From Nitrososphaera viennensis EN76 (GTDB lineage Archaea > Thermoproteota > Nitrososphaeria > Nitrososphaerales > Nitrososphaeraceae): 32,000 bases of DNA. Positions 15,469 through 23,638 of the stretch are shown here, one piece after another. How positions within the stretch are numbered: position 1 is the first letter of the stretch; every line of letters begins with the position of its first letter. The stretch covers positions 2,430,001 through 2,462,000 of the forward strand of contig NZ_CP007536.1 in the NCBI RefSeq assembly GCF_000698785.1, read 5' to 3'. The position numbers and the translations under genes are program-made. The notes below the pieces were generated by a model. It did not search any database. It was not told the origin of the DNA and saw only the letters and a program-made list of their open reading frames with translations.

Positions 15469-16485
15469 TCATGATGGTATCTTGGCAAGCCTTATCCTGG
15501 CAATGCCGTTGAGGTACTGTACGGACTCGACGGTTGCGCCGGCCGCCGTGTCCGGGAGTTTTGCGGCCATCTCGTACCTGCGCGACCCGTTTGCAGTGAT
15601 CCGAACAAGCTTTGACTCTTGCTCGTACGTGGCGTGGATTGCAGAGGCGTCGGCGACGCCCTTTATCTCTGCGATTATCTCGTAATAGCCGGGGCCCTCT
15701 ATGACCTCGGGCGGCGTCTCGCTCACGACGTCCTCTATCTTGGGGCGCACTTTTTTCACCGGCGGCTTGTACGTGGTGCCCTTGCCGGCAAGGCTTGCTA
15801 GCTTGGGCAGGATAAAGTTCCTTCCAAAAACGCCAGTCACCGCGCCGGCGATAAAGCCGCCGACGTGCGCAAGGTACGCGACGCCCGAGTCGCCAAACGG
15901 TCCAAACTGGCCAATGACTCCAAATATCAGCTGCAGCGCAAACCAGAACGGTATGTAGACCAGCACGGGTATGCGCACCGTGTAGATGAAAAATGCCGTG
16001 ATTATGGTGTAGATCCTTGCCCTGGGGAACATGACCATGTACGCGCCAAGCACTCCTGATATTGCGCCTGACGCCCCTACTGCCGGTATCGCCCCGTCGC
16101 CCGTGGACACGGCGGCTGCGCTGTGCAAGAGCGCGGCCGCAAAGCCCCAGCCGATGTAGAGCAGGATGTATTTTACGCGCCCGAACTTGTCCTCTATGTT
16201 GTCGCCAAATACCCACAGGAACACCATGTTGCCGATGATGTGGGCGATGCCTCCGTGCATGAACATCGAAGTCACGACTGTAAAGGCGCTTCCCGGCCAT
16301 TCCGAGAACAGCCTGTCCGGCACGGTTCCGTACATCAAAAACATCTCTGTCAAGGCCCGCTCGTCGGTGAAAAAGCTTGTCACCGACGCCTGCCAGATGA
16401 ATACTGCAATGTTGATCCCCATCAGGGTGTAGTTGAGCCACGGTCTGCCATGTATCCTCTCGGCGTCATCATGGATTGGAAACAT
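15469..16485 (-). CDS. Rhomboid-family intramembrane serine protease with a C-terminal Hsp20/alpha-crystallin-like domain
   Basis: Has the motifs FMHGGIAHIIGNMVFLW and GASGAISGVLGAY (GxSG) plus multiple TM helices. The C-terminal 85 aa read YYEIIAEIKGVADASAIHATYE..LVRITA...YLNGIARIRLAK. Confidence 0.85.
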   Translation of the reverse strand: MFPIHDDAERIHGRPWLNYTLMGINIAVFIWQASVTSFFTDERALTEMFLMYGTVPDRLFSEWPGSAFTVVTSMFMHGGIAHIIGNMVFLWVFGDNIEDKFGRVKYILLYIGWGFAAALLHSAAAVSTGDGAIPAVGASGAISGVLGAYMVMFPRARIYTIITAFFIYTVRIPVLVYIPFWFALQLIFGVIGQFGPFGDSGVAYLAHVGGFIAGAVTGVFGRNFILPKLASLAGKGTTYKPPVKKVRPKIEDVVSETPPEVIEGPGYYEIIAEIKGVADASAIHATYEQESKLVRITANGSRRYEMAAKLPDTAAGATVESVQYLNGIARIRLAKIPS

Positions 16486-16534
16486 ATTCTAGCGCGTTAC
16501 CTTTACCACAAACCTACGGGAATTAAGTCTTTAG

Positions 16535-16735
16535 CTAGCTGAATCCAAACGGGTTCATGTTTGGCATGTCCCCGCCGCCTTTTTCGCTGTGCGCTTTTTT
16601 CATGTGGCGCTTCATGCGCTCCTTGTCGTCAAACTTCATGTCGCAGTACTGGCACTTGAAAGTTCCGCCAGCCTGTTCTTCTTTTTTCTTGCCAAAAAGT
16701 CCCAAACTGCCTCTCGCACCCCGCCAGTTTTTCAC
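16535..16735 (-). CDS. Small C2H2 zinc-finger protein
   Basis: FKCQYCDMKFDDKERMKRHMKKAH fits Cx2Cx12Hx4H. A likely GTG start overlaps the upstream gene's TGA (GTGA). The alternative ATG at 16792 would overlap the upstream gene by 61 nt. Confidence 0.6.
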   Translation of the reverse strand: MKNWRGARGSLGLFGKKKEEQAGGTFKCQYCDMKFDDKERMKRHMKKAHSEKGGGDMPNMNPFGFS

Positions 16736-16962
16736 TCCATGACTATCATGGTAAGCGTCGACTTTACTCCGTTGAGCTTGCGCAGCTTCCATGTTATGGT
16801 CTCTTTCACTTTCTCCATTGCGTCGGCCTCGACTTGGGCCACGATGTCATAAACGCCGTACACCTGATAGACCTCCTTGACGCCTTCCATCTTTTTCAGC
16901 TCGCTTACCAGTGAGTCCTCGCTTCCGAGCTCGGCGTTCATGAGAACGAAGGCTTTTGGCAT
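16732..16962 (-). CDS. Stand-alone Lrp/AsnC-type ligand-binding (RAM) domain protein, second paralogue
   Basis: 76 aa, MPKAFVLMNAELGSEDSLVSELKKMEGVKEVYQVYGVYDIVAQV...STLTMIVME. My manual gap-free alignment with 10996-11247 gives 42/76 identities. Confidence 0.75.
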   Translation of the reverse strand: MPKAFVLMNAELGSEDSLVSELKKMEGVKEVYQVYGVYDIVAQVEADAMEKVKETITWKLRKLNGVKSTLTMIVME

Positions 16963-17032
16963 AAGCAGTCTTTGGTTCCGGTGTATAAAAACTTGTACTT
17001 GATTTTCTGCTTGCCGTGCAGGCGCACACTTT

Positions 17033-17848
17033 TTACACTTCGTGCTTTAATTTTCCCTCGTCAAACGCGTCGGCGCTGCTCCACTGGTGGTTGAAAAAGT
17101 CGTTGCACCATTCCAGGAATTCCGCGCTTTCTCCATAGAACATGACGTTCAGATCCGGCTCGCCCTTTTGGTTCGGGAACATGACGCACCCCTGCTTTTC
17201 GTTGAATATGGTCATCACCTTGACGTCGGGGAGCATCCTGCGCTCGACCAAGCCCTTGTTGATAAAGTTGCGCCAGCCGACCTTCTGGAGAAGCTGCGTT
17301 CTGCCCTTTGGCACCACGGCGTTTGAAGCAAATATGTACGAGAATTTCACACCCTCGTCGACCCTTGCGCTTATCGTCTCGATGAGGTCCAGCGGCACCT
17401 GAGCCATTATCTCCTTGATAAAAGTGTCAGAGCTGCTGTACAGCGTCTTCCAGCGCTGGAGTATCGCCATCACGCCGTGCACCATCTCGCAGCCGCGAAA
17501 CGAGCCGAGGCGCTGGACGAACTTGGGCGGCAAGTCGCCGAGGCTGTGGTCTGCAAAAAAGTCGCGGTGCCTGTAGAGAAAATCGTAGCTTGGCACCAGT
17601 GAAACCACGGTCCTGCCGTACGCGGTGAGCACGAGTTCGCCCTCCCTGCCCTTTGACACGAGCCCGGACTCTATCAGCCGCGTCATGTTCCTGTGGGCCT
17701 CCTGCATGGTAGCATCAAGCTCTGACGCAAGCTGCGACAGCCGATAGTCTTTTTCGCTCAGCCTTGACAGCATGGAGAGGCGTAAGTCGCCTGCGAGCTC
17801 GAAGAAAAGCGAACCTACGCCTTCGGTGGGCTGCCGCTCCGCTGCCAT
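17033..17848 (-). CDS. ArsR-type winged-helix transcriptional regulator with a C-terminal DUF1724-like domain
   Basis: From ATG 17848: LFFELAGDLRLSMLSRLSEKDYRLSQLASELDATMQEAHRNMTRLIESGLVSK (wHTH), followed by a ~180-aa C-terminal domain. Confidence 0.7.
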   Translation of the reverse strand: MAAERQPTEGVGSLFFELAGDLRLSMLSRLSEKDYRLSQLASELDATMQEAHRNMTRLIESGLVSKGREGELVLTAYGRTVVSLVPSYDFLYRHRDFFADHSLGDLPPKFVQRLGSFRGCEMVHGVMAILQRWKTLYSSSDTFIKEIMAQVPLDLIETISARVDEGVKFSYIFASNAVVPKGRTQLLQKVGWRNFINKGLVERRMLPDVKVMTIFNEKQGCVMFPNQKGEPDLNVMFYGESAEFLEWCNDFFNHQWSSADAFDEGKLKHEV

Positions 17849-17920
17849 ATGATCGCCACTTTTTACAATGCACGGGTTTAAAAATCTGTCAAAAAGGCGC
17901 ACGAGAGGGCAACAGGAACG

Positions 17921-17930
17921 ATTATAATTT
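17921..17930 (+). promoter_or_regulatory. TATA-like box ATTATAATTT upstream of the uL11 gene
   Basis: It sits ~35-40 nt upstream of ATG 17963 in the divergent intergenic region. A second T/A box (GTTTAAAAA, ~17876-17884) faces the ArsR-like gene. Confidence 0.35.
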
Positions 17931-17962
17931 GGGTAAACACACCCGCATGCGTAGAGAGTAGT

Positions 17963-18445
17963 ATGGGCGATAAAAAGTCTATTTCCGCGCTCGTCAGCGG
18001 CGGAGAGGCCAACGCAGGCCCGCCACTTGGCCCGGCACTGGGGCCGATGGGCGTAAACGTCCTGCAGGTGGTCAATACCATTAACGAAAAGACCAAGGAT
18101 TTCCCCGGCATGAAGGTGCCCGTAAAGGTCGAAGTGGATGCCGAGACGAAAAAGTTCACGGTCGAAGTAGGCATCCCTCCCACAGCCGCTCTTGTGGCCA
18201 AGGAAGCCGGCATACCAAAGGGCTCCGGCACGGCAGGCAAGGATTATGCAGGCGACCTCTCGATGGCGTCAGCGGCGAAAATCGCCAAGATGAAGATCGA
18301 AGGCTCGTACGCCAAGGACATCAAGGGCGCCGCCAAGGAAGTGATCGGCTCGTGCGTCAGCATGGGCGTCAAGGTGGAAGGCAAGCCGGCAAAAGAAGTC
18401 TACCCTGACATCAACGTCGGCAAGTACGACGACCTGTTGAAATAA
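17963..18445 (+). CDS. rpl11: 50S ribosomal protein L11 (uL11)
   Basis: GGEANAGPPLGPALGPMGVNV...VEVGIPPTAALV is the canonical uL11 sequence. Confidence 0.95.
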   Translation: MGDKKSISALVSGGEANAGPPLGPALGPMGVNVLQVVNTINEKTKDFPGMKVPVKVEVDAETKKFTVEVGIPPTAALVAKEAGIPKGSGTAGKDYAGDLSMASAAKIAKMKIEGSYAKDIKGAAKEVIGSCVSMGVKVEGKPAKEVYPDINVGKYDDLLK

Positions 18446-18517
18446 TTTTTTAAACTCTTTACCTTTTTGAGTCGAAATCGTAATAACCAAGAAGGTCGTT
18501 CTCGTACATCATAATAT

Positions 18518-21500
18518 TTGATCCGTCTAACAGCGTTTCTGCTTCTTGCCATTGTAGCATCGGCTTTTGTCGCGCCTGCGTACTCGCTTACGCCAAGCAG
18601 GGATCAGGTTCTCTCAGGAGGGGTATCAGAGTCCCGGCCCCTGACCTCGCTTCCGGCGCAGGCGCCTGCTGCCGCTGCTGCGGACACTGCAAACATCTTT
18701 GGCCACCGCGTGCCAAAAAGCGCGATAAGGTCTGATTTTGGCTCGATAAACCTTGGCAGCCTGCAGTACAACGGCGATGTCGGCAGGACGCTCGTGCTTG
18801 GCCCCGGCGACTCGCGGGCGCTTGCCGCCGCGCACGTGGTGGGGATGGGCGGAAGCCCGGTACAGGGGCCGTTCCTTGGCGTGGCTTTTTCCAAGAGCCC
18901 GCTTGCGCAAGGCGGCTTTACCTACGCAACCGACATGCCTCTTGCATTTGACTCACTGTCTGCCGACGACAACAACAGCAACAACCCTGCGGGCAACGGC
19001 GCTTCCGGCCGGCTCTCTGGCGCGTCGATAATCGGCGCCGACCGCGCCGCGTCGCTGTACAACGCAACAGGCAAGGGAGTCAAGGTCGCCATAGTTGACA
19101 CTGGCTCGGACTTTTCCAACCCTGACATGCGGGACGCGGTTGCAAGGGACGCAAAGGGGATCCCGATAATGCTTGACGCTGACGGGCAGGGCCTCGTTCT
19201 CACAAAGGCGAAATACGTTGCCAACATCGACCAAAAGACCGGCGTGATAATGAACTACACCACCACCGGCAAAAACGGCAAGGTGCAACTGCCGGAGAAC
19301 GTGACTTCGTACACTTATGTCAACGACACAGGCGTCTACCTGAAAACGTCGGAGGGCGAGATACCTGTCTACAACATGCTGTTCCCTACCTTTGGCGCGC
19401 CGGTGCTCAGCGGCACTGCAAACGTCGACTGGAAGATAGGCAAGAGCTCGACCGACTATATCCGCTCGATGAGCGGGGTCTACCACTTTGGCGTCGTGTA
19501 CCAGGCTACCATGAAGCTTGGCACGATATCGCTCGTGCTCATACCTGTGCTCGTGGTGGACAGCACGGAGCCGGGCGTGTACGACACCATAGTCGCAGAC
19601 ATGTCGTACGGCTGGTACTACTTTACGCTAGGCATTGCCGGCGCGTTTCCGCAGACCAACTACCTGATGCCGGCCCAGCCCACCTTTGACTTTACGGACG
19701 AAAAGCCGTTCAAGCTTGGAGACGGAAACGAGTTTCTGACATACGACTACAACAGCGACGGCGCCCCCGACTATTCCGCCGGCGTTGCCGGAGCAAGGGT
19801 GCTTGACATCTGGCGCGTGACTGACAACAAGACGCAGGTTGTGGTGGCGGACAAGGCGGGCGTTTCGGGCGTGATCTCGGCAAAACTGCTGGAGCCGATG
19901 GACCCCGAGGGGAACTATTTCGGCCTGATGTTCGACTTTGCCGGCCATGGGACGGGCACAGCGGCGACGGTCGCTTCAAGGGGGCATACACAATATGACA
20001 TTTACAACAACTCTACCCGCTACACACTTGCAGGCATGGCGCCGGGTGCCACGATAATACCTGTAAAGTCTCTGTGGATGGGCGACGCGCTCTATGGCTG
20101 GCTGTGGGCCTCCGGCTTTGACCTGAAAGACGACGGGAGGTGGGCCTACACCGGCGACCACAAGGCCGACATCATGAGCAACAGCTGGGGCATCTCCAAC
20201 TTTCCGTTGCTCAAATACGGCCCCGGCTACGACATACTGAGCGTCTTTTCGTCGCTCCTCATGGTGCCCCACGCGCTTGCCAAGGACTACCCCGGGACCC
20301 TTGTCGTGGACAGCGTGGGCAACAACGGGCTGGGCTACGGGAGCGTGGGCGCGCCAAACACTTCCCCGCTTGCCATCTCTGTGGGGGCGACTACGAACAA
20401 CGTGCACCTGCAGTACGGGCCGTTTGCCAACATCACCCGCTTTGGCCCGTCCACTGCAAGCTATGACGACGTCGCCGAGTTTTCAAGCAGGGGCCCAAGC
20501 CTGCTTGGGGACCCCAAGCCGGAGCTGCTGGCAGTCGGCTCGTACGGCTTTACGCCGACCGACGTGACACTGAAGAACCTTGACTCGAAACAGGGCGACC
20601 CCAACGACGACGGAGCCTTTGCGCTCTTTGGCGGAACCAGCATGGCAGCCCCGATGGTCGCCGGCGCCGCCGCGCTTGTTGTGCAGGAGATGAAGGAGAC
20701 GGGCAAGGCGCCGGACCCGTTTGCCGTCAAGAGCATCCTGATGTCGACTGCAAAGGACCTGAAGAACGACCCGTTCGTGCAGGGGTCCGGCAGGGTCGAC
20801 GCGCTTGCCGCAGTCCGGCTTGCCCGGGGCGATTCTGGATTATTCTCTGTCTACACGGACGACACCGCCAAGACGATAATCGACTCGCTCAGGCCGTCGA
20901 TCTTGACGTACGCGCCGACACTTGGCATAATCAACAACGGCTATCCCGTCCAGATTCCCGGAACGATTCCTGAAATAGGCGGGGCCCGAGAGACGCGCTG
21001 GTTTGCCGGCCCTGTAGAGCAAGGGAAAAAGGCGTCAACGGAAATCGTTATTGAAAACCCGTCAAAGAAAGAAGAGCTGAAGGTCGAGCTTTCAAGCACG
21101 ATTGAAAAGCTGGTGGCGCGCTATGAAGTCAAGAACGCGACAAAGCTGTTCAAGATGGACCCGACACACAGCAACAAAACATTCGGCTACGAGCCCAACT
21201 ACTATGACCTTGAAAAACTGGCAGGAGGCAAAAAGCTCCCTGATTCTGACCTGATGGTTGCCCGGGTCAACTTTCCGTTTTCCAGCTTTATGAACCAGAC
21301 GGAACGGTTTGCAGACAACCTGCGCATCGCCTCCGTCTACGGCTATGACTGGCATGACGCCAACGGGGACGGCAAAGTCTCCTACAGCGAGATAGAGATG
21401 ATAAACAGGGGGGGCGCGTGGGGCACCACCCAGGAGATGCGCATAGGCGACCCGAAGGACAAGTTCACCGGGACGCCTGTCGTGGGTGTCTACCCTGTGC

Positions 21501-23239
21501 CCACGGTATTCTCGTTCTGGAGCGGCGACAGGCTCATCAACACGACTTCGATGAACTACACGCTTACGGTGGAACTGTACAAGCGCATGCCAAACCCTGA
21601 CATACAGCTTGGCAAGAGCCTTGTCACTGTCCCGCCGGAAGGAACTGCCAAGGTGAACGCCACTATAGCCGTGCGCAACGATACTCTGTCCGGCGTATAC
21701 TATGGCGAGATAATGGCAAAAGGGTCCGGTCATAACGTGGTCATGCCTGTAAGCTATATCGTCGCCACAAAGCCCGTGCCAAAGGATGTGCCCGTGGTGA
21801 TGTCGCCGCCTGGCCCCGTACAGAAGCAAGGAGCAAATGAGATCGAGGGGTCTCTTGGCCTTAGGCCAAACGGCTACGTGGGCGGCCTCTCGGATATGGT
21901 GTCGCGCTATGCCGCCGGCGACTGGCGCTCGTACTACTTCACCGTCACCGACCCGACTGTGACGGCAATGACCCTGAAGGTGTCCTGGCCGCACAACTCG
22001 ACAAGCATAAACGCCATGGCGTACGGCCCTGACGGCCGCATGGTGGCTTCAAGCGTGCCGGCAGGCGTGTTCCAAGAGTTTGCCAACTGGCCGAGCAACG
22101 ACTGGCTTGGGACCTCTGCCGTCAGCGAGGGCGGCGCGTTCTTTTTCAGCCAGAACGCCGGCGAGCGTTCGACCGTGCTGCACGTGCCGGTGAACGCAAC
22201 CGGCACCTATTCGCTCCTTGTGCACAACACGCTGTTCCACGGCGAGAGCCTCTACGAGCCGCTTTCGGTGGAGGCGAAATTCTCAACCCTCCTCCCGGAC
22301 ACTACGCCTCCAAAACTGACTGCCAAGGTGCCTGAATTTGTCACCGGCACGACGGTAATGGTCCCGATAACAATAGACGACAGCAACCCCGCAGGGCTGT
22401 CATATTCTGTGGACGGCAGGCCCGGGCCTTCTTCCGGCGGCAGTCAGGTGAGGATTGAAGGGGGTACGCTTGCCGAGGGCCCGCACCTTCTGACGGTCGA
22501 GTCCAAAGACACTGTGGGCAACTCAGCGTCAAGCTCTTGGCAGTTCACGGTGGACAGGACGCCCCCTGCCGCAGAGCTTTTCGTGCGCAATGATGGCAGC
22601 AACAGCAACAATGGCAACAGTACCGAAGCAATAGCCGCCGACAAGCTAGTGATAGTATCAAAGCAGGCAACCCTTGCCTGGAACGTCACCGACGCAAACG
22701 GCGTGGCGGGCAAAGTCACTGTGAGGATGCCAGACGCCAAGCCTGCCGTCTATGATCCCCACTCGTCAATGGCGTTCAACTCGACTGCGCTTGCCGACGG
22801 CCGATACAACTTTACAATTTCCTCAAAGGACGTGCCGGGCAACAAGGCGACAAGGACGTGGGACCTGGTGGTGGACAACACGCCGCCAAAGGCGTCCGTG
22901 GGAGTGAGCGGAGGCGACATTCGGGGCACCACAAAGGTCGCGCTAGGGGTGCAGGACGAAAACTTGAAGTCTGCAATGCTGTCCGTGGGCGACAGAATGC
23001 AAGTCAACGTCACCGGCCTTGTCGAGTACGAGCTTGACACGACCGGCCTTCCAGATGGCAAATACGAGGTAAAGCTTGCCGCACTGGATATGGCAGGAAA
23101 CGAAGGCACTGCAAGCACTGTGCTGACTGTCGCAAATGTCAAGCCCGTGATTGAAACTGTGGCAATCCTTGGCTTGGCAGGCGGGCTTTCGGGAGGGGCC
23201 GCCATAGCATGGGTCATTGCGTCAAGGCGGCGCAAGTAG
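18518..23239 (+). CDS. Giant secreted, membrane-anchored S8 (subtilisin/pyrolysin-like) serine protease with C-terminal Ig-like repeats
   Basis: TTG start followed by a signal peptide (LLLAIVASAFVAPAYS). The catalytic residues are D in VAIVDTGSD, H in GHGTGTAATVAS, N in SNSWG and S in GGTSMAAPMVAG. There are three D-x-TPP-delimited modules. The C-terminus is a TM helix plus RRRK. Confidence 0.9.
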   Translation: MIRLTAFLLLAIVASAFVAPAYSLTPSRDQVLSGGVSESRPLTSLPAQAPAAAAADTANIFGHRVPKSAIRSDFGSINLGSLQYNGDVGRTLVLGPGDSRALAAAHVVGMGGSPVQGPFLGVAFSKSPLAQGGFTYATDMPLAFDSLSADDNNSNNPAGNGASGRLSGASIIGADRAASLYNATGKGVKVAIVDTGSDFSNPDMRDAVARDAKGIPIMLDADGQGLVLTKAKYVANIDQKTGVIMNYTTTGKNGKVQLPENVTSYTYVNDTGVYLKTSEGEIPVYNMLFPTFGAPVLSGTANVDWKIGKSSTDYIRSMSGVYHFGVVYQATMKLGTISLVLIPVLVVDSTEPGVYDTIVADMSYGWYYFTLGIAGAFPQTNYLMPAQPTFDFTDEKPFKLGDGNEFLTYDYNSDGAPDYSAGVAGARVLDIWRVTDNKTQVVVADKAGVSGVISAKLLEPMDPEGNYFGLMFDFAGHGTGTAATVASRGHTQYDIYNNSTRYTLAGMAPGATIIPVKSLWMGDALYGWLWASGFDLKDDGRWAYTGDHKADIMSNSWGISNFPLLKYGPGYDILSVFSSLLMVPHALAKDYPGTLVVDSVGNNGLGYGSVGAPNTSPLAISVGATTNNVHLQYGPFANITRFGPSTASYDDVAEFSSRGPSLLGDPKPELLAVGSYGFTPTDVTLKNLDSKQGDPNDDGAFALFGGTSMAAPMVAGAAALVVQEMKETGKAPDPFAVKSILMSTAKDLKNDPFVQGSGRVDALAAVRLARGDSGLFSVYTDDTAKTIIDSLRPSILTYAPTLGIINNGYPVQIPGTIPEIGGARETRWFAGPVEQGKKASTEIVIENPSKKEELKVELSSTIEKLVARYEVKNATKLFKMDPTHSNKTFGYEPNYYDLEKLAGGKKLPDSDLMVARVNFPFSSFMNQTERFADNLRIASVYGYDWHDANGDGKVSYSEIEMINRGGAWGTTQEMRIGDPKDKFTGTPVVGVYPVPTVFSFWSGDRLINTTSMNYTLTVELYKRMPNPDIQLGKSLVTVPPEGTAKVNATIAVRNDTLSGVYYGEIMAKGSGHNVVMPVSYIVATKPVPKDVPVVMSPPGPVQKQGANEIEGSLGLRPNGYVGGLSDMVSRYAAGDWRSYYFTVTDPTVTAMTLKVSWPHNSTSINAMAYGPDGRMVASSVPAGVFQEFANWPSNDWLGTSAVSEGGAFFFSQNAGERSTVLHVPVNATGTYSLLVHNTLFHGESLYEPLSVEAKFSTLLPDTTPPKLTAKVPEFVTGTTVMVPITIDDSNPAGLSYSVDGRPGPSSGGSQVRIEGGTLAEGPHLLTVESKDTVGNSASSSWQFTVDRTPPAAELFVRNDGSNSNNGNSTEAIAADKLVIVSKQATLAWNVTDANGVAGKVTVRMPDAKPAVYDPHSSMAFNSTALADGRYNFTISSKDVPGNKATRTWDLVVDNTPPKASVGVSGGDIRGTTKVALGVQDENLKSAMLSVGDRMQVNVTGLVEYELDTTGLPDGKYEVKLAALDMAGNEGTASTVLTVANVKPVIETVAILGLAGGLSGGAAIAWVIASRRRK

Positions 23240-23286
23240 TAACCATCAAGAAATCTTAAATAACGAGCATGGGAAATTTCCCTTAG

Positions 23287-23628
23287 ATGAGCGAAAAGCA
23301 CGCCTCAAACGTGAACCTTCTAGAGCTTGCGGAAAAGAACTTTGAAGAGACCATAAACGGCAGCAAGCCTGTCCTCGTGGACTTTTGGGCTACATGGTGC
23401 GGCCCATGCCAGTTCATGCTGCCGATATTTGACAAGCTGGCCAAAAAGTACGGCGACAAGGTCACCTTTGGCAGGCTGAACGTCGACGATAACCAGGGCG
23501 TGGCCATGAGATACGATGTCTATGCTATCCCGACGTTCATCGTCTTCATGAACGGCAAGGCCATCGACAGGGCTGTCGGCGCCGTGGGCGAAAAGGGGCT
23601 CGAAGGGCTGCTCCAGAAATACCAATAA
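23287..23628 (+). CDS. trxA: Thioredoxin
   Basis: WATWCGPCQ active site; 113 aa. Confidence 0.93.
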   Translation: MSEKHASNVNLLELAEKNFEETINGSKPVLVDFWATWCGPCQFMLPIFDKLAKKYGDKVTFGRLNVDDNQGVAMRYDVYAIPTFIVFMNGKAIDRAVGAVGEKGLEGLLQKYQ

Positions 23629-23638
23629 TAAAGTGAGG

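Noticed and set aside
13733-15685. Long plus-strand ORFs (133, 95, 103, 251, 172 and 217 aa) opposite the thermosome gene
   Set aside because: These are shadow ORFs antisense to an unambiguous, fully motif-supported thermosome CDS. Their composition is Ala/Ser/Leu/His-rich and repetitive, with no motifs.
15446-16441. 331-aa minus-strand ORF in an alternative frame of the rhomboid gene
   Set aside because: The product is Arg/Gly/His-rich with no TM helices or motifs. The overlapping 338-aa frame carries the rhomboid GxSG and H motifs.
18604-23301. Numerous ORFs antisense to or frame-shifted against the S8 protease gene (for example 21092-21994 at 300 aa, 18953-19486 at 177 aa, 22750-23301 at 183 aa)
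   Set aside because: All lie inside a continuous 1573-codon ORF with a complete catalytic triad. They are typical GC-rich shadow ORFs.
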